From Eledone cirrhosa (Eukaryota), in contig OZ024740.1 in NCBI GenBank assembly GCA_964016885.1, positions 201,872,001 through 201,936,000 on the forward strand: a stretch of DNA of 64,000 nt, written 5' to 3'. The notes beneath the pieces were generated by a model. That model was not told the origin of the DNA. It did not search any database and worked only from the letters and a program-made list of their open reading frames with translations. The position numbers and the translations under genes were made by a program. Positions 62,584-64,000 of this stretch are shown in pieces (position 1 is the stretch's first letter; every line of letters begins with the position of its first letter).

Positions 62584-64000
62584 CATGCATACAGGGAGAC
62601 AGAGATGTAGAGGTAATGATATAGAGAGACAGAGATATAGAAAAAGAAAAGTAGATAGGAATGTGTAAAAGAGAGAGAGAAATATAAACACTGAAACAAT
62701 GAATAATGGCAGAGAAGAAATAGATGAAGATGGCTTTTTTTTTCAGTTTTCAGATTTTTTTTTTGTCATTTATAATTTACCTCTCGGGCAAGGACATCTT
62801 TTCGTGTTGTCCAGTATCTTCAGATGTGAGAAAAGTGGCGCCGTCGACACACTCGTATTTCCATTTGTTGGTAATATGAAGTTAAAATGACAGAGGAAGG
62901 TTGGGCAAATTAACTTATGATGAGTAAGACAACAAGTTATACAACCGCTTCCTTAGGAGACTGCTTCAAAGCTGTGAGACTCCACTAAATCCTTGTTCGT
63001 CTTTATCATAGACGGTTAATATTTAGTAGTTTTTTCCTGAATAATAAATCCTCATGGAAGCAAGGCACATTTGTTGATATATTTACACAAGTCTGATATT
63101 TCAGTAATGACAGACAGACACGATCTGCATCACACAGGAGCCGGAATACATTTCTTGGAATTCAGCACTTTAATATTTAGGCCTCCGTGTCAGTTAGGAA
63201 TTCAACCACTAGCAGAATGATTTTGTTGTTGAATTTTCAAAAAAAAAAAAAATTATACGAAAGCATATATTTGTTCACTATGCGCAACACTGAAGACATT
63301 TAACGAAAATATTTCTTATACGTTAACCATTCAGTGTGAACTACTTTTTAAATCGGATGACTTCTTAGTCAGAGTTTGCGACCTACTTTTGAGGAATTTA
63401 AAGTTTCTTAGAGTAAAGTTATAACAATAAAATTAAAGTAATATAAGTGTCATTTTATTATTTTTTTAATTAATACATGAAATTTATATGGTTTAATTTA
63501 ATATTTAGATAAAAAATAAAAAAATACCGAACTAAGATAATTCTAATCCCGCATCTTGATCATGTGATCATATAATGATGGCGTCAGCTAGGAAGGCAGT
63601 TGATTTTACTGTTCCTCTCGGTATTGCATTACTACCATCTACACAATGTATAAATAGAAATAAAGCGTAAGTAACACTTATTCATCACTCTACTACAACA
63701 ATAATAGATAATCTATCAAAGCTGTCAATTAAACAAACTTTGTTTATTGATTTGACACGGTGTTGTTAGAAATTTAGATTTCATTCGATCTTTTTTATGT
63801 TGTTCTGTAAAGAAATGACAGAAATATGAAGTGTCAACCACTTTCCTTTGATTCCAAACAAACATCAAAGCTTGGTGGTGATCCGCAACCAATTTACATC
63901 TTTTTATAACAAACCGCTCCTGGTTCTATGACACTAAGCTATTAACACGATCTTTCGTGTCGAATTCATTGTTTACATTGCATCATAATTCCATGTAAGA

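Overview
Repeat-saturated, AT-rich animal genomic DNA. The repeat complement suggests a coleoid cephalopod such as Octopus, but that is inference. No host protein-coding gene can be supported. The long Y/I/C/V/H/T-rich ORFs are artefacts of reading (TA)n microsatellites. About a third of the window is kilobase-scale interrupted (TA)n tracts, and there is one 200-N gap. These tracts hold nested retroelements: several RTE-clade LINEs with (GAT)n tails and a PHD-type finger inside the RT, a Tx1/L1-like LINE whose 3' end abuts (TA)n in all four copies, and Penelope-like element (PLE) remnants. Also present are tRNA-derived SINEs, TTAA-flanked piggyBac-type MITEs, Tc1/mariner-type MITEs, and a 44-bp minisatellite that grew inside the RT of a dead LINE. 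The most striking signal is a set of short non-coding islands with minimal type-I hammerhead ribozyme motifs and/or long fold-back hairpins. One is a 302-bp near-perfect palindrome (1989-2290) carrying two mirror-image hammerheads with a U3-A8 covaried core. A second hairpin family (34849-35041, 58548-58724) has arms that look re-templated in each copy. Three further hammerheads lie at 16142, 59065 and 61071, the first directly downstream of a PLE GIY-YIG ORF.
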